DNA of 64,000 bases from Octopus bimaculoides (GCF_001194135.2 NC_068982.1:123921474-123985473); one strand, 5' to 3'; positions 1 through 13,708 are shown, numbered from the stretch's first letter. Notes: a model not told the origin generated them from the sequence alone. Made by a program: numbers and translations.

Positions 1-232
1 GATAAAGATCCTTGCTGAATGATATAGACTCATAGGGCTGGTTTCCTGGTTTCCATGGCATATATATTCTCCACCTGGATAGGATGCCAGTCTGTCACAG
101 GATTACTCATTTTTACTATCTGAGTGGACTGGAGCAATATGAAATGAAGTGCTTTGCTCAAAGAACACAATGCATCACCTGGTCCAGGAACTGAAACCAC
201 AATCTTACAATCATGAGTCCAACACCTTCACA
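1..232 (+). repeat. SINE/LINE-tail repeat (family also at ~9310-9550 and ~36800-37035)
   Basis: Shared gactggagcaa..tgaaatgaagtg.tttgctcaa.gaacacaatgcatcacctg.tccaggaa in three copies. Confidence 0.65.
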
Positions 233-259
233 CCTTTCTGATTGTATACCATCTCAACT

Positions 260-2050
260 CATCCATCTCTCCTCTTCCTACCACCAATATTATATCCACT
301 CTCAATCCTCAGGCTTTAACCCTATTTCCAGTTCTTTTTCTTCAGAATGTTGTCTCTGTGGAAATTTCTCTTGACTCTTGTTTTTCCTGCAGCTACCAAC
401 TTGCAACTATTCAAGAAGAACATTAACCATGGAACTTCACCAATCTTAGAGGCTAGGAATAGCCAGGTGCAAAGCCCCTAACCCTAATTCAAACCAAAAG
501 TAACACTAAAATATAATAAAATCCAAAGCATACTGATTCTGCTGACACAAAAACCAAAATACTTGATATTCTGAACTATCTGCATCTATTAGCATCCTCA
601 CTTATCCATGTCCCTAGCTGATACACCATCTCCCTGAATGCTCTTGCTATCCTCTGGACACAATCTTTTACCCTGCCATCGTTGCCTCTTCCTCTATCAA
701 ATCATATGAAGCAATCCACACTTCTTTACTCCATCACACAACAACCACTAAATCCAGAACTCTCCAAGATGCTAAGTCAGTTTGCAAAGTCTTAAGAACA
801 AGCTACAACCACCAACTAACCAATACACGGCTTCATCTCTGTGTCTCTTCTGCTACTGAAAAAACTAGCAAGATTCATATCACTTCTGTCTTAACAACTG
901 CTCCTTGGAATTTCTTACCTTTAAACATTTCCCCAACAACCAATCATCAAAAGAAGTTAAAGTTTAACATCATTTACATTAACTTCACCAGTTTGAGAGT
1001 TCCTGCAAATGTCCTAGGCATTACCAGTCTTTTTTCTAAATATAAAAAAGCTATATGGGGGATATCACTGCTACTTAACATTTGTTCATGCAAGTCTTTG
1101 TTTATACTGCTTTGATTTTTTCTATTATTATTAGGCAAAACTTGATGACATTAATTAATATCAAGTGTTTCAGTTCATTAATTCCATCTAGTAGTTAAAA
1201 GTTCAACTACACATCCAGCAAAATCTCATTCATTTCTTTCATTTCAGATGGTCAACATTCACTGTCCAGTTTGCACTGCTATTTAGGAATAATCTCATGC
1301 CACGTCAATCAGAAACAGTTTGAGCATAAAAGAAACTTCTTTATAATCAATCAGAACATAACCTTTGATTTTCACTTGTTCATTAAAGTCTATAGCCATG
1401 CTATCTTAATGATCGCTACCACCTACATCATTAAGTTACAGACAGTTTGATTTTACTGTTCTTTGTATCAATATTCATAAAATATAAAGAAACACTGTTA
1501 GTGTGTCTGAGATGCTAAGTTGCTAACATGCTACTTCACCTAGTGTGCACCTACCTCCTGCACTATCCACAAAATATTGAATGATCACCGACTATTTTAC
1601 ACACTGATCAATATCATTTGCTTGATGATTTTGATCTGTGGAGGTCCTGCTATCTAATGAGCCAAATCTATGCTAAGTCCCTTTGATTCAAATACTTTCT
1701 TTCAGGTTTTGAACCTTACCATTCATTGTGCTATGAAAATCTGGTCATCTTCATATAGAAGTTCCCAAGAGGACATATCCTCCTTTTAGAGCTACTGCAA
1801 TGAAAAACTGAAAGCTGAGAATAGACTGGTAAACACTTACCTGGACTTCTAATTCCTCACTATATGCACTCTGTATCTAGTATTCTCATAGAAACCTCCT
1901 CATAGCCTATCAATTTGTGGCTTGAGAAACTGACTTTTTTTAGATAGACAAATTTAAAAGAAATGGTATATGTATGACGAAAATTTGAAAGTTTTCTAGA
2001 ATTATGGCAATTTATTTGGGTCTTGCTAAATGAAGTAAAATCCATTTTAG
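260..2050 (-). mobile_element. Decayed RTE-clade LINE ORF2 fragment (RT domain to C-terminus)
   Basis: The minus strand reads FVYLKKV (~FVDLEKA), VQVSVYQSILS (~VGVHQGSVLS), SWELLYEDD (~PWELLYADD, 1741-1770) and FESKGLSIDLA, which matches the 46468 ORF; many stops and frameshifts. Confidence 0.75.
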
Positions 2051-2138
2051 CAGTTACAAATTAAATGAGATCAACTTCTTTAAATAGAATAAATAACATA
2101 AATATATATATATACATATATATATATACATAGACGAA

Positions 2139-2532
2139 GGAGTGGCTGTGTGGTAAGTAGCTTGCTTACCAACCACATGGTCCCGGGTTCAGTCCCACTG
2201 CATGGCATCTTGGGCAAGTGTCTTCTACTATAGCCTCGGGCCGACCAAAGCCTTGTGAGTGGATTTGGTAGACGGAAACTGAAAGAAGCTCGTCGTATAT
2301 ATGTATATATATATATATGTGTGTATGTGTTTGTGTGTCTGTCCCCCAATATCGCTTGACAACCGATGCTGGTATGTTTTATGTCCCTGTAACTTAGCGG
2401 TTCGGCAATAGAGATCGATAGAATAAGTACTAGGCTTCTAAAGAATAAGTCCTGGGATCGATTTGCTCGACTAAAGGCGGTGCTCCAGCATGGCCACAGT
2501 CAAAAAGACTGAAACAAGTAAAAAAAAAAAAT
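2139..2532 (+). mobile_element. tRNA-derived SINE, tail type A (octopus-type); further copies at 21188-21570(+), 39225-39612(-), 51490-51892(-), 51915-52290(+), 54499-54900(+)
   Basis: Head GGAGTGGCTGTGTGGTAAGTAGCTTGC with B-box-like GGTTCAGTCCC, a central (TA/TG)n tract, and tail gtcaaatgactgaaacaagtaaaagaat; copies align by eye. Confidence 0.88.
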
Positions 2533-2538
2533 AATATG

Positions 2539-3040
2539 TACAGGGTTATTCAAAAAGAACGAGCAGATTTTAAATTTATTTTTAAAACAAATGGTAAGAG
2601 ACACAAACACATTGTACATATTTCTTGATAGGGGAAGGTTTAAAGTTTATTTTAAGGTAGTATGCACTCGAATTGAGTACCATGAGCACCAGTGCATTTT
2701 CCTTTATAAATGCAACCTTTTTCTGTGAAATTTCTATGCCATTCGTAAATTTGCTTCTGGCGAGGTGGATTTTTATTGAATTGGCAGTGAAATCCATGTT
2801 GCACTTGCACAATTGATTCACATTTCTCAAACTTGAACTTAATAATGAGAATATTGCTTTTTTTTTTTTTTGCTAAGTCAGAGCAAGAAGATTGAAGCAA
2901 TTTGAAAATAACACTGTAATGTGTTATCAAACCTGGTGGAATGAAATACAATACTAATCCAAATTTTCAGATACCTTAATTTTTTTTCCACTGATTCATA
3001 ATAATATATTTGCAGCTGTAATTAGAGAAAACCTGTTATA
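2539..3040 (-). mobile_element. Internally deleted Tc1/mariner element
   Basis: TA+CAGGGTTATTCAAAAAGA terminus at 2539; the minus ORF 2652-2951 (SIVQVQHGF..QF..NPP..KQIYEW..NF.EKGC..KGK) resembles a DUF4817-type transposase HTH. The right TIR is degenerate. Confidence 0.65.
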
Positions 3041-4196
3041 ACAGAGATCAGTATTACCTCCTTGCTACAGAAAATGTAAAAGTATCATGACACATTGGGG
3101 TGGAGATAAAACAGTATTGTCATTTTGTCAGCAAAGACACAGAACAAGGCATAATACTTGGGCTGTGAATTATGTATAATAGACTGGCTAAGAAATGTGA
3201 ACTTCAGGGTGTTTTAATGTGCTGTAAAAGAAAATGAATATGCTTTAAACCTCTTGCAAGAAGTGATGATAAAATATTAAATAAACAAGTAAAAATTAGA
3301 GATGCCTAAGTCAAAATTCCAGTAATAAAAATTCCAATAATAAAAATGATATTGTTGAAAAATCTAGAAGTGATGGAAAAAGAGGGCAACGAAAATCCAG
3401 AAACAAAAACTACGAAACTTAAGCCAACAAGTGAAGCTCTATGTGATCACCCAGCCAGCAAGAAATAGCAGCCAAATTTCCCACAAATCACATCATACTA
3501 TCTTAAAAAGAGAAGGATACATTGGACAGTGTAGTTCCTGATATAGAAAATGGCAGGATGGTCATGGTTGGAATGCTTTTGAACATAAGTCTGCTTTATC
3601 TGGTTTGATCTGGGTCTAAGCAACAACAGCAACATCTTTAATTAGATCAGAACGACAGCAAATAAAAGGAATATACCAACATTATTTATGTATATTTCTT
3701 GATTTTCTGATAAACCTTATTTCCAAATGAAATATTTCTTTATTATTAGTATGTCATTAAAAACATCAATGTGACACTTAGAATAAAAAAGAACCCATAA
3801 GATATACAAAATTTACATCGAGCATCCTCATTAGAACATCTTTTATTTGTAGCTATTTCAAAACCCGAAAAAGAAAAGGTTTTGTAAGTGTCCAGTTATA
3901 CAGGATGGAGTGTATATTCAAATTTAAAACATATTGATGCTTTTTATATGAAAAAAAATATTCAGTTTTGGGTGCACCAGAGCTGTGGTAAGTTCTAACA
4001 GACTGAATATATTATCTAGATTGTTATTTTCTTTGTATCGACAACACAATTTTCAATTTTCTCTTTATAAACTGCCTAAGAAACAAATCCTTATGTATCC
4101 TGCTGCTATTTTAAAGCAGCATTTCCCATTTCTGAAAATTTAAGTGTTTTATCTTTAAAATATGTTATTTAATTGTCATGTTATTCTAACCAACAG

Positions 4197-4487
4197 TCCC
4201 ACCAAAAATTCGAGATGATAATATCCAAGAAAAAGTTGAAGCCAATAAATCTAAACCACTGTTGCTAGAATGTGTCACTTCTGGTGTTCCTTCTCCAAAT
4301 GTTATTTGGTTTAAAAATAATGAATTGATAGACTTCGAAGAAAAGTCCAATATGCGAGCTATTCAAATTGAAAATAAATGGCAATTACAAGCTATTTGGA
4401 CTGAACCAGAAGATACTGGACGATATTCTTGCCAAGCCTCAAATCCAGCTGGAGATGCAATTAAGCACTTTGATGTCAGTATACATG
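4197..4487 (+). CDS. HMCN1: Hemicentin-1-like exon, complete Ig I-set domain (VPPKIRDD...LECVTSGVPSPNVIWFKN...DTGRYSCQASNPAG...SIH)
   Basis: Acceptor caacag at 4191-4196, donor G|gtaag at 4488; 291 nt, phase 1-1; Ig motifs C...W...DxGxYxC. Confidence 0.93.
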
Positions 4488-4599
4488 GTAAGAAATCTAT
4501 GAATTTTATATATTTTTTTCCGGTATTTCTAAAGTTTTGTATTTGAGATCCTGAGATAATTACTGAAAGAGTATGATTATAAATACAAGCGACCCAAAT

Positions 4600-4920
4600 G
4601 GGTGGGGGTAGCTCAGAGATCAGGGAATCTTTCCAAGTTGAGTTACTATTTCTCTACGTTGAGAGATCACAGCTCTATTACTATGGACATGTGATTAGAA
4701 TGTTGGAGGAAAGAATTGCAAGAGGGATTCTTCAAGCTAAGGCAACCACCAGGAGGCCTAAAGGTAGACCAAGAAGAACAACATTCAGAGTCTCAGTTGG
4801 TGATGCTCAGGAATCCATCCAGAAAGTTTAATGATAGCTGCTTCTGATAGGGTGGGCCCTATGGAGGAGATGCTTGAGGACTCTACCCCAACTACCCTAC
4901 CAGGGTGAAGAAAATGAATG
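4600..4920 (+). mobile_element. RTE-type LINE 3' fragment
   Basis: YYGHVIRMLEERIARGILQAK...RPKGRPRRT is a typical RTE ORF2 C-terminus. Confidence 0.65.
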
Positions 4921-6357
4921 GATAGATAGATAAATAGATATATTTAAGGAAATTTGAAAATTCTTGATAAAAATTGATATTTTATTTGTTAATTAAGTGG
5001 ATCAGAAAATTAGAGTATTAAAGAAATACTTAATCCAATGTATAATGAGTTGAACAAGTTCCCTTGAATTTATATCTTTCATAAATGGTACCTTCATTGG
5101 CACCGTAAATGGTGAATTATTTAGAAATATTGCTCCAATTTTGTTGTTCTGCAATCAAGGAAGATAGCAGATGTTACTGACACTGTTGATAAAAAGTCAG
5201 TATTCTGAATTTATATCAGTGATGTCTATCTTCATGATGTTGATGATGATGATGTAGGCAATTGTTATCTCTTCTCTCAATCCATTTTCAAGTTTGTTTC
5301 CTAAATATGAGCAAGTGGGCCAATATGTTTTGATGGCTGAAATCATCAGAATAGTAGCTTGGCACATGCTTCACAAAAGTTGAAGAACTGAGTACAGCTT
5401 TGTTCTATTTTGCTTTGTATTTCAGTATTTTTCTATATTTTATCTTGTATAAATTTTAAGGAAACAGAATTGTTGTGTCTTAAGACATTTGAAATTGGGA
5501 TTTAGAGGTTAAAAGCAACTGCATTTCATATCAGTAACCAGTCAACTACAAAATAGAAATGGATGCTGTTTATCAGACAGACTATAACAGTTTTTATGCT
5601 TTACTAATGAGCTGTATCTTAACCTTCTGGTAACCACATCTATAATGAAGTATACTGTTCGGTTAATTTTATTTCAGTCAATTATTTTGAAGGTTTATAG
5701 TAAAACAAATAACAAATTTCATCATTATTAAAGAATTCTTTGGAATACAGCTCAACACAAAAGTTTTACATAAAGTTACAATTGAAGGTTTTAATCTAAA
5801 TATAAATACTATAAAATTAAAGGTTTTAGTATTAAAAAGGTGGTTTGATGTAAAAAGGATTAATTTCACAGTTGTATTTCAATATCTTACTTTAATGTAG
5901 TAATAATTTGTAACATTTGACAATGAATTTTAACAAAATTTATTATGTTAAAAGGAAGGTATAAATGAAAATAGATACATGTTTTCAAAATTATGTGTGC
6001 ATTTTATGTTTCTATATTTATATGTGGGAACTAGAATACACATTGAATATGTTTATGAGTTCCATATTTTCCAGCATACAAGTTGAATTTTTCAGGCCAA
6101 AATTTACAGCAAAAGAAGTTGACTTATTCACCAAAACGACTTTGAAGAACCAAAAATTCCATGTGAAATGCATCAGGATTTGTAAAGATAACGATGATGT
6201 TTGAATGTTTACACTACATGTTTACATCAACTTGTATGCTGTAAAATACAGTATATACATATATATAAGTGTGCATGTATATGTGTATATAAAAGTTATT
6301 TGTGGGCATTAAATTGAAACATTTATATAATTATGACCAATTATATTTTCTTGCTAG

Positions 6358-6639
6358 TGCCACCAAAGCTAGAAAACCCTCGACTAGAAAAGATGGAAAT
6401 TATGAATAAAAAATCTATAACACTATCTTGCAAAGTGTCAGGTATTCCAAAACCGACCATTACTTGGTACAGAAATGACATGATTATTCCTGCCTTTGGA
6501 AATTCCAAAAAAAGAATCTTAAATCAAGGACGAGAACTTATGCTTACCAATATAAATATGGATGACTCTGGCCAATATATGTGCGAAGCTACAAATGTTG
6601 CTGGAAAGGTTCAAAAACCATTTATTATTACAGTGTTTG
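6358..6639 (+). CDS. HMCN1: Hemicentin-1-like exon, complete Ig domain (VPPKLENP...DDSGQYMCEATNVAG...TVF)
   Basis: ttgctag acceptor, G|gtgag donor; 282 nt, phase 1-1. Confidence 0.93.
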
Positions 6640-7493
6640 GTGAGTTTGTTTTTACCTGTATTTTTAAATCAGTCTTATACTTTCTAAACAACAGGATTTT
6701 TTAAAGTATATTTGACACCTAAATGTGGCTAACCCTTAAGGATTGATACTTCTTTTTTTTTTTGTGGGAAATATACTTCACGATGTCATGCAGCTACTGT
6801 TTATACCTCGCTCAGAGATTTATTATTGAGGATTTTTGGGGTTCTTTTTAAAATAATTTTTTTTAAATATTAACTTTTATTAGTACTATAATAGTTCATA
6901 CGAATAGGTTAATAAGTTTGCTTCACATGTATTAGGTCTTTGGTTCAATTCCAATGTTGGATTAGGAGCTGATAATCCAGTTGATCAAACAACTGAATAC
7001 TCATTGCCTGGAGATCCACCTGAAGAAATTATGGAATATGATGAAAGAATTAGATATTTCAAAGTAAAATTCCATTAGACATTATAAATACCATTTTGAG
7101 AGAGACCAACTGACTATACTTGAGTCATGGTGTTGTGACATTTCATGTGAGCACGCAGTTGACTGTGGGTGCATGCAACTGACAATGATCAAAAAGGCAG
7201 AAATGCATTTAGCATTCTTACCATCCACTGCAAGGATGACTTTTGTCTACCTCCAATATACATTGTGTTTTTTTAAAACACAGCATGTCCATGAAAGATA
7301 TTATCTCCAGACAAATACTGCAGTAAATTTGCTTTTTGCTATGTATTTACATTAAGTATGTTACACAGATGGCTATTGAGGAATCATTGATGGCTTTCCT
7401 GTCATTAACCTTTACCATTTTAAAATTAAGTTGTAACATTCATCACACAGATTTTGATTTCTAATCCTTATTTCTTTCTTCTCTTTCATGCAG

Positions 7494-7769
7494 TTCCACC
7501 CAAAATTGAAGGTTCTGGCTCAACTAACATTGCTGCAACTGTCGACTCCCGAACTTTGTTAATGTGCGATACATTTGGCATTCCAACACCTTCAATTCAA
7601 TGGGAGAAGAATGATCATGATTTTCCCAAAGCCGGTGCACATTATCGCATGCAACATACTGGCACTTTGGAGTTTGTACAAGTGAAAATAAATGATTCTG
7701 GAAAATACAAGTGTATTGTGTCAAACAAGGCTGGAAATGCAACAAAGGAATATAAACTTAGTGTCCAAG
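7494..7769 (+). CDS. HMCN1: Hemicentin-1-like exon, complete Ig domain (VPPKIEGS...NDSGKYKCIVSNKAG...SVQ)
   Basis: Pyrimidine tract + cag acceptor, G|gtaag donor; 276 nt, phase 1-1. Confidence 0.93.
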
Positions 7770-8701
7770 GTAAGGAAAAGCATTTGTAACGAGAATTGTT
7801 ATGTTCCACAGAATGTATTTAATTAGATTCCCTTGAAACACGATGATTACTTTTGAGGTAATCATCATCAATATCATCATCATCAACAACGTTTAACATC
7901 CACTTTTCTATGTTTGCACGGGTCAAACAAATTAGTTGATTTTCTACTACCAGATACCCTTCCTGTCACCAACCCTCACCGCATTTCAAACTAGGTAATA
8001 TTTCTTCATGGCCAGATGTGATTTTCATGAACAACCTCGCTTAAAAGATGATGATACTCATTTACAACCATCATGTGATGTCTAGATAAAGGTACACATA
8101 CACAGACATGCATATGCAAGCATACGTATACACACACACACACACACACATTCATACATACATACATCTATATCTGTAAAACTGAGAATGTGTGTCTGTC
8201 TGTCTGACTGTATGTGTGCATCCCTAAAACTCAAGAACTACCCAACAGATATCATTCAAATTTTACACATGCCTTACTTAGGGTCCATGCAGTGTCATGG
8301 GTCAAAAAAATTTTCAACTTCTTGTGTTATTGTCATGCAAGTTGTATCATTCATTTCCAATATTCTGTGAAAACTTCTCTGTCCATAGGAAAATATTATC
8401 TCACTTAGAAACAGATGAGGGTTGGTTGCAGGAAAGGCATCTGGCCATAGAATATCTGCTTCAATACACTCCATCCAAAATCTGAAAGCAAAGTGATTGT
8501 TAAAACAATAATGATAATGCAGTTTTCTCAAATTAATGTATCAAATATTATTAATAATTATGGTTATAAATTAATTATAAATAAAAAGTAATTTGCAGTT
8601 TAATTTATGCATTTTTAAAATTTTCATTTTTACGGGTTTAACAATTTTTATATGCATTATTATTATTTCTATTCGTTTTTGTTTTTTTTGTGCTTTATCA
8701 G

Positions 8702-8845
8702 TTCCTCCTAAATTAATTAATGGTGAACAATTGAACTTAAAAGTTACTGTAAATCATGAAATTGCTCTGCCATGTCATGCAGAAGGCTTCCCAAAACCAG
8801 ACATTATTTGGCGGAGAAAATCAAAAATTTTATCAAATGAACAAG
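8702..8845 (+). CDS. HMCN1: Hemicentin-1-like exon, N-half of Ig domain (VPPKLING...LPCHAEGFPKPDIIW...NEQ)
   Basis: ttatcag acceptor, G|gtaat donor; 144 nt, phase 1-1. Confidence 0.92.
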
Positions 8846-8869
8846 GTAATCATTAATTCTCAGTCTTTC

Positions 8870-9290
8870 TCTCTCTCTGTACATATACGCCCACATGCAA
8901 ACATACATATATGCATATATATACATTACACACATATATCTGTATTTGTGTATATATATATATATGTGTGTGTGTGTGTATACATGTATGCACTTACAAA
9001 AGTATATATATGTATGTGTGTGTGTGTGTGTATGTACGTATGTATCTAACTGTCTATTTATCTCTCTGTCTATCTGTTTCACTCTGTCTGTCTATCTATC
9101 TATCTATCTATCTATCTTAGCCATTTATCTATTTATTTATCTATCTATCCCTCTATCCATCCATCCATCTATCTTATCTATCTATCTATCTTATCCATTT
9201 ATCTATTTATTTATTTATCTGTCTATCTATTTATCTATCCCTCTATCTATCCATGCATCCATCTATCTATCTATCTATCTGTCTGTTTCA
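8870..9290. repeat. Compound (TA)n/(TG)n/(CTAT)n/(CCAT)n microsatellite; similar tracts at 9560-9645, 15650-15815, 17070-17260, 18050-18146, 33988-34042, 39830-39860, 45620-45718, 63060-63110
   Basis: Directly visible; these tracts explain most low-complexity ORFs in the track. Confidence 0.95.
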
Positions 9291-10268
9291 AACGGATCAC
9301 TATAATCAAAGGTTCTATTCCAAGACATAGGCTCATAAAGCCACTGTCCTAGATTCTGTAGTGTATATATTACTCCCTGCATGAATGGGACACCAGTCCA
9401 CCACAAGATTACTCAATTTTGCTACCTGAGTAGACTGGGGCAATGTGAAATGAAGTGTTTTGCTCAAGGAAACAATGCATCACCTGCTCCAGGAATCAAA
9501 CCCATAATGTTATGTTCATAAGTGCAACACCCTAAATGCTGAGCCCCATGCCTCTACATTTGTCTATCCATCCATCCATCCATCTATCTATTTATCTATC
9601 TATCTATCTATCTATCTGTATATATATATATATATATATATATAGTACAGTAATAAAAAGAAAGTTCTTGGTACAGTATTATATATATATTTTTGAAAAA
9701 ATAAGTAGAGATGGCTTTTTTGCTGGGGGGTAATTTTTATTCTAATCTTAATAATAATGTTTACAGTAAGTTACCTCGATATGAGTTTCGAGCTTCAAGT
9801 AACTGTTTTCAAACTACTTGAAGCTCAAAAGTCATATCAGAGTAACTCACTGTAAACATTAAATTATCCCCCCCCCCACAAATCCATCTCTACTCATTTT
9901 TTAAAATATATATATATAAATAATAAATGAGTTTATGCATATATACGTACATGTATGTACATACCTACATCTACATGTATATATAGATGCATATCTGGGT
10001 AGAGGACGTTGCAAACAAAACGTAGACAAAATGATAAACAGAGTACAGAAAACACACAGGCCACATAGAGAACATTTCCTTCATCAGCTGCCATCATTCT
10101 AAAAGTAAGCGTTTCGAAGAGTTAATATATATATTATATATATAAAGATTATTGTAAAATGAAAATAACAAATTAGCTCTTAAACCCCTCACTTAGTCTG
10201 GCATACTGAAAATAAAATACTTCTTTCTTTTTTAAATATGTATCATTTTATGTAACATTTGCATTCAG

Positions 10269-10397
10269 GTATGACCATACTCAACAATGGTACTTTGGTT
10301 CTGCACCGCCCAGCACTCTCAGATTCTGGTACTTATGCATGCATTGCACAGAATAATGCTGGAAGTGCTATTGGTCAAGTCCATCTTGAAGTACAAG
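10269..10397 (+). CDS. HMCN1: Hemicentin-1-like exon, C-half of Ig domain (GMTILNNGTLVLHRPALSDSGTYACIAQNNAGSAIGQVHLEVQ); not in ORF track
   Basis: cattcag acceptor, G|gtatg donor; 129 nt; completes the domain begun at 8702 in frame. Confidence 0.92.
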
Positions 10398-10910
10398 GTA
10401 TGTAATTCATTACTTAGAATTTGTGTTCTTTTCTGCTTTCACATTATATATTTTACACCTAATTTTCAAAACAATCTCTTTATTTTCATAAACAAACAAT
10501 AAGAATTTAACCAATAATGGATGTGCTGCAAAGTAATGGATTGTAACCACAAGGCCTTGTAAACAAAACACACCTTGTTTCAATCCTTCTTCCTGCAAAA
10601 TCACTTTCAGTTGTTACCTAGTGATAGCAGGGAAAAGTAGCAGCAAAACTATATTTAACATAAAAAAAGATGATGCAAAAATGGTGATAATGATGATGAT
10701 AAATATACATATATGTATATGTATATCATATAAGTTCTATGTATATATATATGTAGTTATGGTATATTCTGTTAAGAGCATAGTAGAGTACAGTATAAAG
10801 CTCGTCGGCCTTCAGATTTATCCTGCGCTCTCCAGTAGTAGCATTATACGTACTTCTAGGTTTGTGTCTGGGCTTCTGTTGTATGTGAATAGATAACTGA
10901 AAAAAATGGT

Positions 10911-10948
<38 letters not shown>

Positions 10949-10981
10949 CCTTAATTTAAATTCTGTATTCAACCTACATTC

Positions 10982-11226
10982 TTAAACCATTTGCAGTAGA
11001 ATTATTGTTGCATTACATTGCCAGTAAGATCCATTTGGGGGGGGGGGGGGTTGTATATATACTATTCTACTTTGCATAAACCTCACGCATCTACCCTACA
11101 ATGTTATTCTAAAAATATGCAATCGCATCATTAAAGCCTTGAAGCTATGAGATTATGCATAATTATTTCAAAACAAAAACAATGTGAATAACATTTGACA
11201 AAGAAATCTGAATGCTAAAGGGTTAA
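10982..11226. mobile_element. Possible piggyBac-like MITE remnant
   Basis: Right end TGCTAAAGGG+TTAA (11213-11226); the left end TTAA-ACCATTTGCA is diverged. Confidence 0.4.
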
Positions 11227-11556
11227 ATATAATACCTTTAATAACATCACTTACAAGAACTACGAGGACTACTAGTCATATGTTTGCAGTCCTTTTGTCG
11301 AGACACTACATCCTTCAAAACTTCCATACTTGCTGAAATCCACCAACAGCACACCTGGTGGCTGTTTTTCTTAGTTGTAGTGCACCTGAGCACTGTATAC
11401 AACAATTTCTTTCATATATTTTTAATATTTTTTATTTATTAAACAAAAAATTGTTGCTAATCAAGACAAAATTATATGTAATTGCTTGAATTATCACTAA
11501 AACCAATATGACTTGGTGTTAGCATTGTTTTTCATGTATTTTTCTCTTCTTCATAG

Positions 11557-11746
11557 TACCACCAAAGATATCAGTGAACAAGTCACGGTATACTACTCAA
11601 CAAGATAAAAGTGTAGTTTTGCAGTGTGAAAGTCTTGGAATTCCAAAGCCTACCATTAGATGGACCAAAGATGGACAGGAATTAGCTACTGATAATTATA
11701 AATATGCTATTTTACATGGAACCATGCTCTCTTTACCATTCCCAAG
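11557..11746 (+). CDS. HMCN1: Hemicentin-1-like exon, N-part of Ig domain (VPPKISVNKSRY...LQCESLGIPKPTIRWTKDG...PFPR)
   Basis: ttcatag acceptor, AG|gtac donor; 190 nt, phase 1-2. Confidence 0.92.
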
Positions 11747-12794
11747 GTACAATTTTATTCATTGACTTATTTGTTTAAGATGTCTTCTTGCAATATAGAG
11801 ATCAAATAAGAGGGACGATTATGATGATGACAGAGAAGGAAGACGTGGTGGTGGTGGTGGTGGCAGTGGTAGTGGTAACAGCAGCAGCAACAATCACGCT
11901 ACCAATCTCCTGTCCCCACCCTCTCTCTAACAAAGATTGACATGAGGGCTAACCAGCAATAACAATAACTACTACTACCACTGCTGCTGTTGCTAGTACT
12001 ACTAATATAGCTATTGCTGCTGCTGTTGCTCTGCTACCACTATATCATTAATATGTACTAATGGGACCCATGAATATTTCATGGATTTAATGATAAACCT
12101 GTTGGGTTATTTCTGAAAACTTTATCCAAAAAATCTGAAAGCATAGCCTGTGTTGTTTTTTGTATGGAAAGATAGTTGCTCATCTGCTAATCATTGAAAA
12201 GTGAAGGAAATTGGAATATGATGATTATTTAATGCACTTTATTTCTATGGCCTTTTCCATCTTCGACTCCTACCAAGCAAGGTAATATTTCCCTATGGTT
12301 AGATATGTTTACACAGAAATATTGGAAATGAAGGATAATCATGACAAGGAGACACAAACATATACACACTCATACACACCTACTTGTATACATACATACA
12401 TACATCATCGTCATCGTTGTTTAACGTCTACCTCCCCTGCTGGCATGGGTTGGATGGTTTGACAGGAGCTGGCCAGACTCCTATGTTTGTTTTGGCACAG
12501 TTTTTATGGATAGATGCCCTTCCTAACACCAACTACTTCACAGAGTGGACTGAGTGCTTTTTATGTGGCTGGCTTTTACAGCTGGATGCCCTTCTAAGTG
12601 CCAACCACTTTACAGTGTGGATTGGATAGTTCAGTATTGAGTTATTATGGCAGCATTAATGAGACTGATATGATCAAAACCTTCAAGTAGAAAGAGGATT
12701 AAGCCCAGCAGTAGCCAGCAACCTTTCCACTCTTTATTACATTTATTATATTTTTAATTGATTTCTCCACCCTTATTTTACTTTATCTGTTTAG

Positions 12795-12877
12795 GGCTGA
12801 AGATAGTGGAACATATATATGCATAGCCGAAAATGGTGCAGGTCGAGATGAAAAAGCAATCAAGCTGAAAGTTCAAG
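12795..12877 (+). CDS. HMCN1: Hemicentin-1-like exon, C-part of Ig domain (RAEDSGTYICIAENGAGRDEKAIKLKVQ); not in ORF track
   Basis: tgtttag acceptor, G|gttag donor; 83 nt, phase 2-1, compatible with the preceding exon. Confidence 0.92.
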
Positions 12878-13520
12878 GTTAGTAGTTTCAATTAAACACT
12901 ATTGATATAAAACAAAATTTAAGTTAAATACTGGGGGCAATTTGTTTGATTAAAAAAAAACTTTCAAATGAGTGCCCCAGTATGGTCACAGCCCAATGAC
13001 TGAAGCAAGTAAGAGTTAAAAGATAACGATTCAGAAAAAGTATTCATTCTCTGAATTTGAATTTCAGAAGCATTGATTAGTCGTTCTCAGTAAGTAAGAG
13101 ATGAATGGCCCCTGGGTGACCTTGGAATATTAGAAAGGAGTGACAGACTGTCTATCAGATTGTGTTGTATTGGGGAGATTAATGGAAGAAATTCATAAGT
13201 GTTTCACAGTGGTTTTCCAGGAACCTGAGAGGAGCTCTTAAGGAAGCCATGGCCAAAAATGTTTGTGAATGACTGCACAATCTTCAAATACCTTTGTTCT
13301 AAAACATTCATATTGGTTTCATTTTTGTATTTGGTTTGCAAGGTTCTTGATGTGAATTTGTATGTTGAAGCAAATCTTGTCTTGAGAGAGTCAGTACAAC
13401 CAACAATGATAAACACATGCACTGTGTGCTTATTATTATTGGCATAATGACTTTCTCAAGACACAATAAGATCCATATTTTAATTTCTTAAATTGTTTGT
13501 TTTATTTATTTTTCCAATAG

Positions 13521-13708
13521 TTCCACCAACCATTGAAGAAACAAGTCATTTAATGACTGCAACTGTTGGTAGTACTGTAAATATTCCATGTAAAGCTACA
13601 GGTAACCCAGAACCTAAGCTAAAATGGAAGAAAAATGACAAAAAGTTATCATCAAAAAGACCAAAGTTTATACTTGAGTCTGACAGTTTGATAATACAAG
13701 GAGTATTG
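13521..13708 (+). CDS. HMCN1: Hemicentin-1-like exon, N-part of Ig domain (VPPTIEET...IPCKATGNPEPKLKWKKN...QGVL)
   Basis: ccaatag acceptor, TTG|gttag donor; 188 nt, phase 1-0. Confidence 0.92.

Noticed and set aside
5325-5352. Minus-strand CTGATGA-TTTCAGCCAT-CAAAAC, similar to the 23701 motif
   Set aside because: There is no GAAA core, NUH site or stem I; it is most likely chance.
7020-7060. CTGAAGA...GAAAG with a plausible stem II
   Set aside because: Stems I and III do not pair convincingly.
8756-9733. YI/CV/HT/LSIY-rich ORFs here and at many other microsatellites
   Set aside because: They are translations of simple repeats, not proteins.
10075-10120. Minus-strand GAAAC...CTGATGAAG in a repeat
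   Set aside because: The order would require a type-II topology, and stems I-III do not form.
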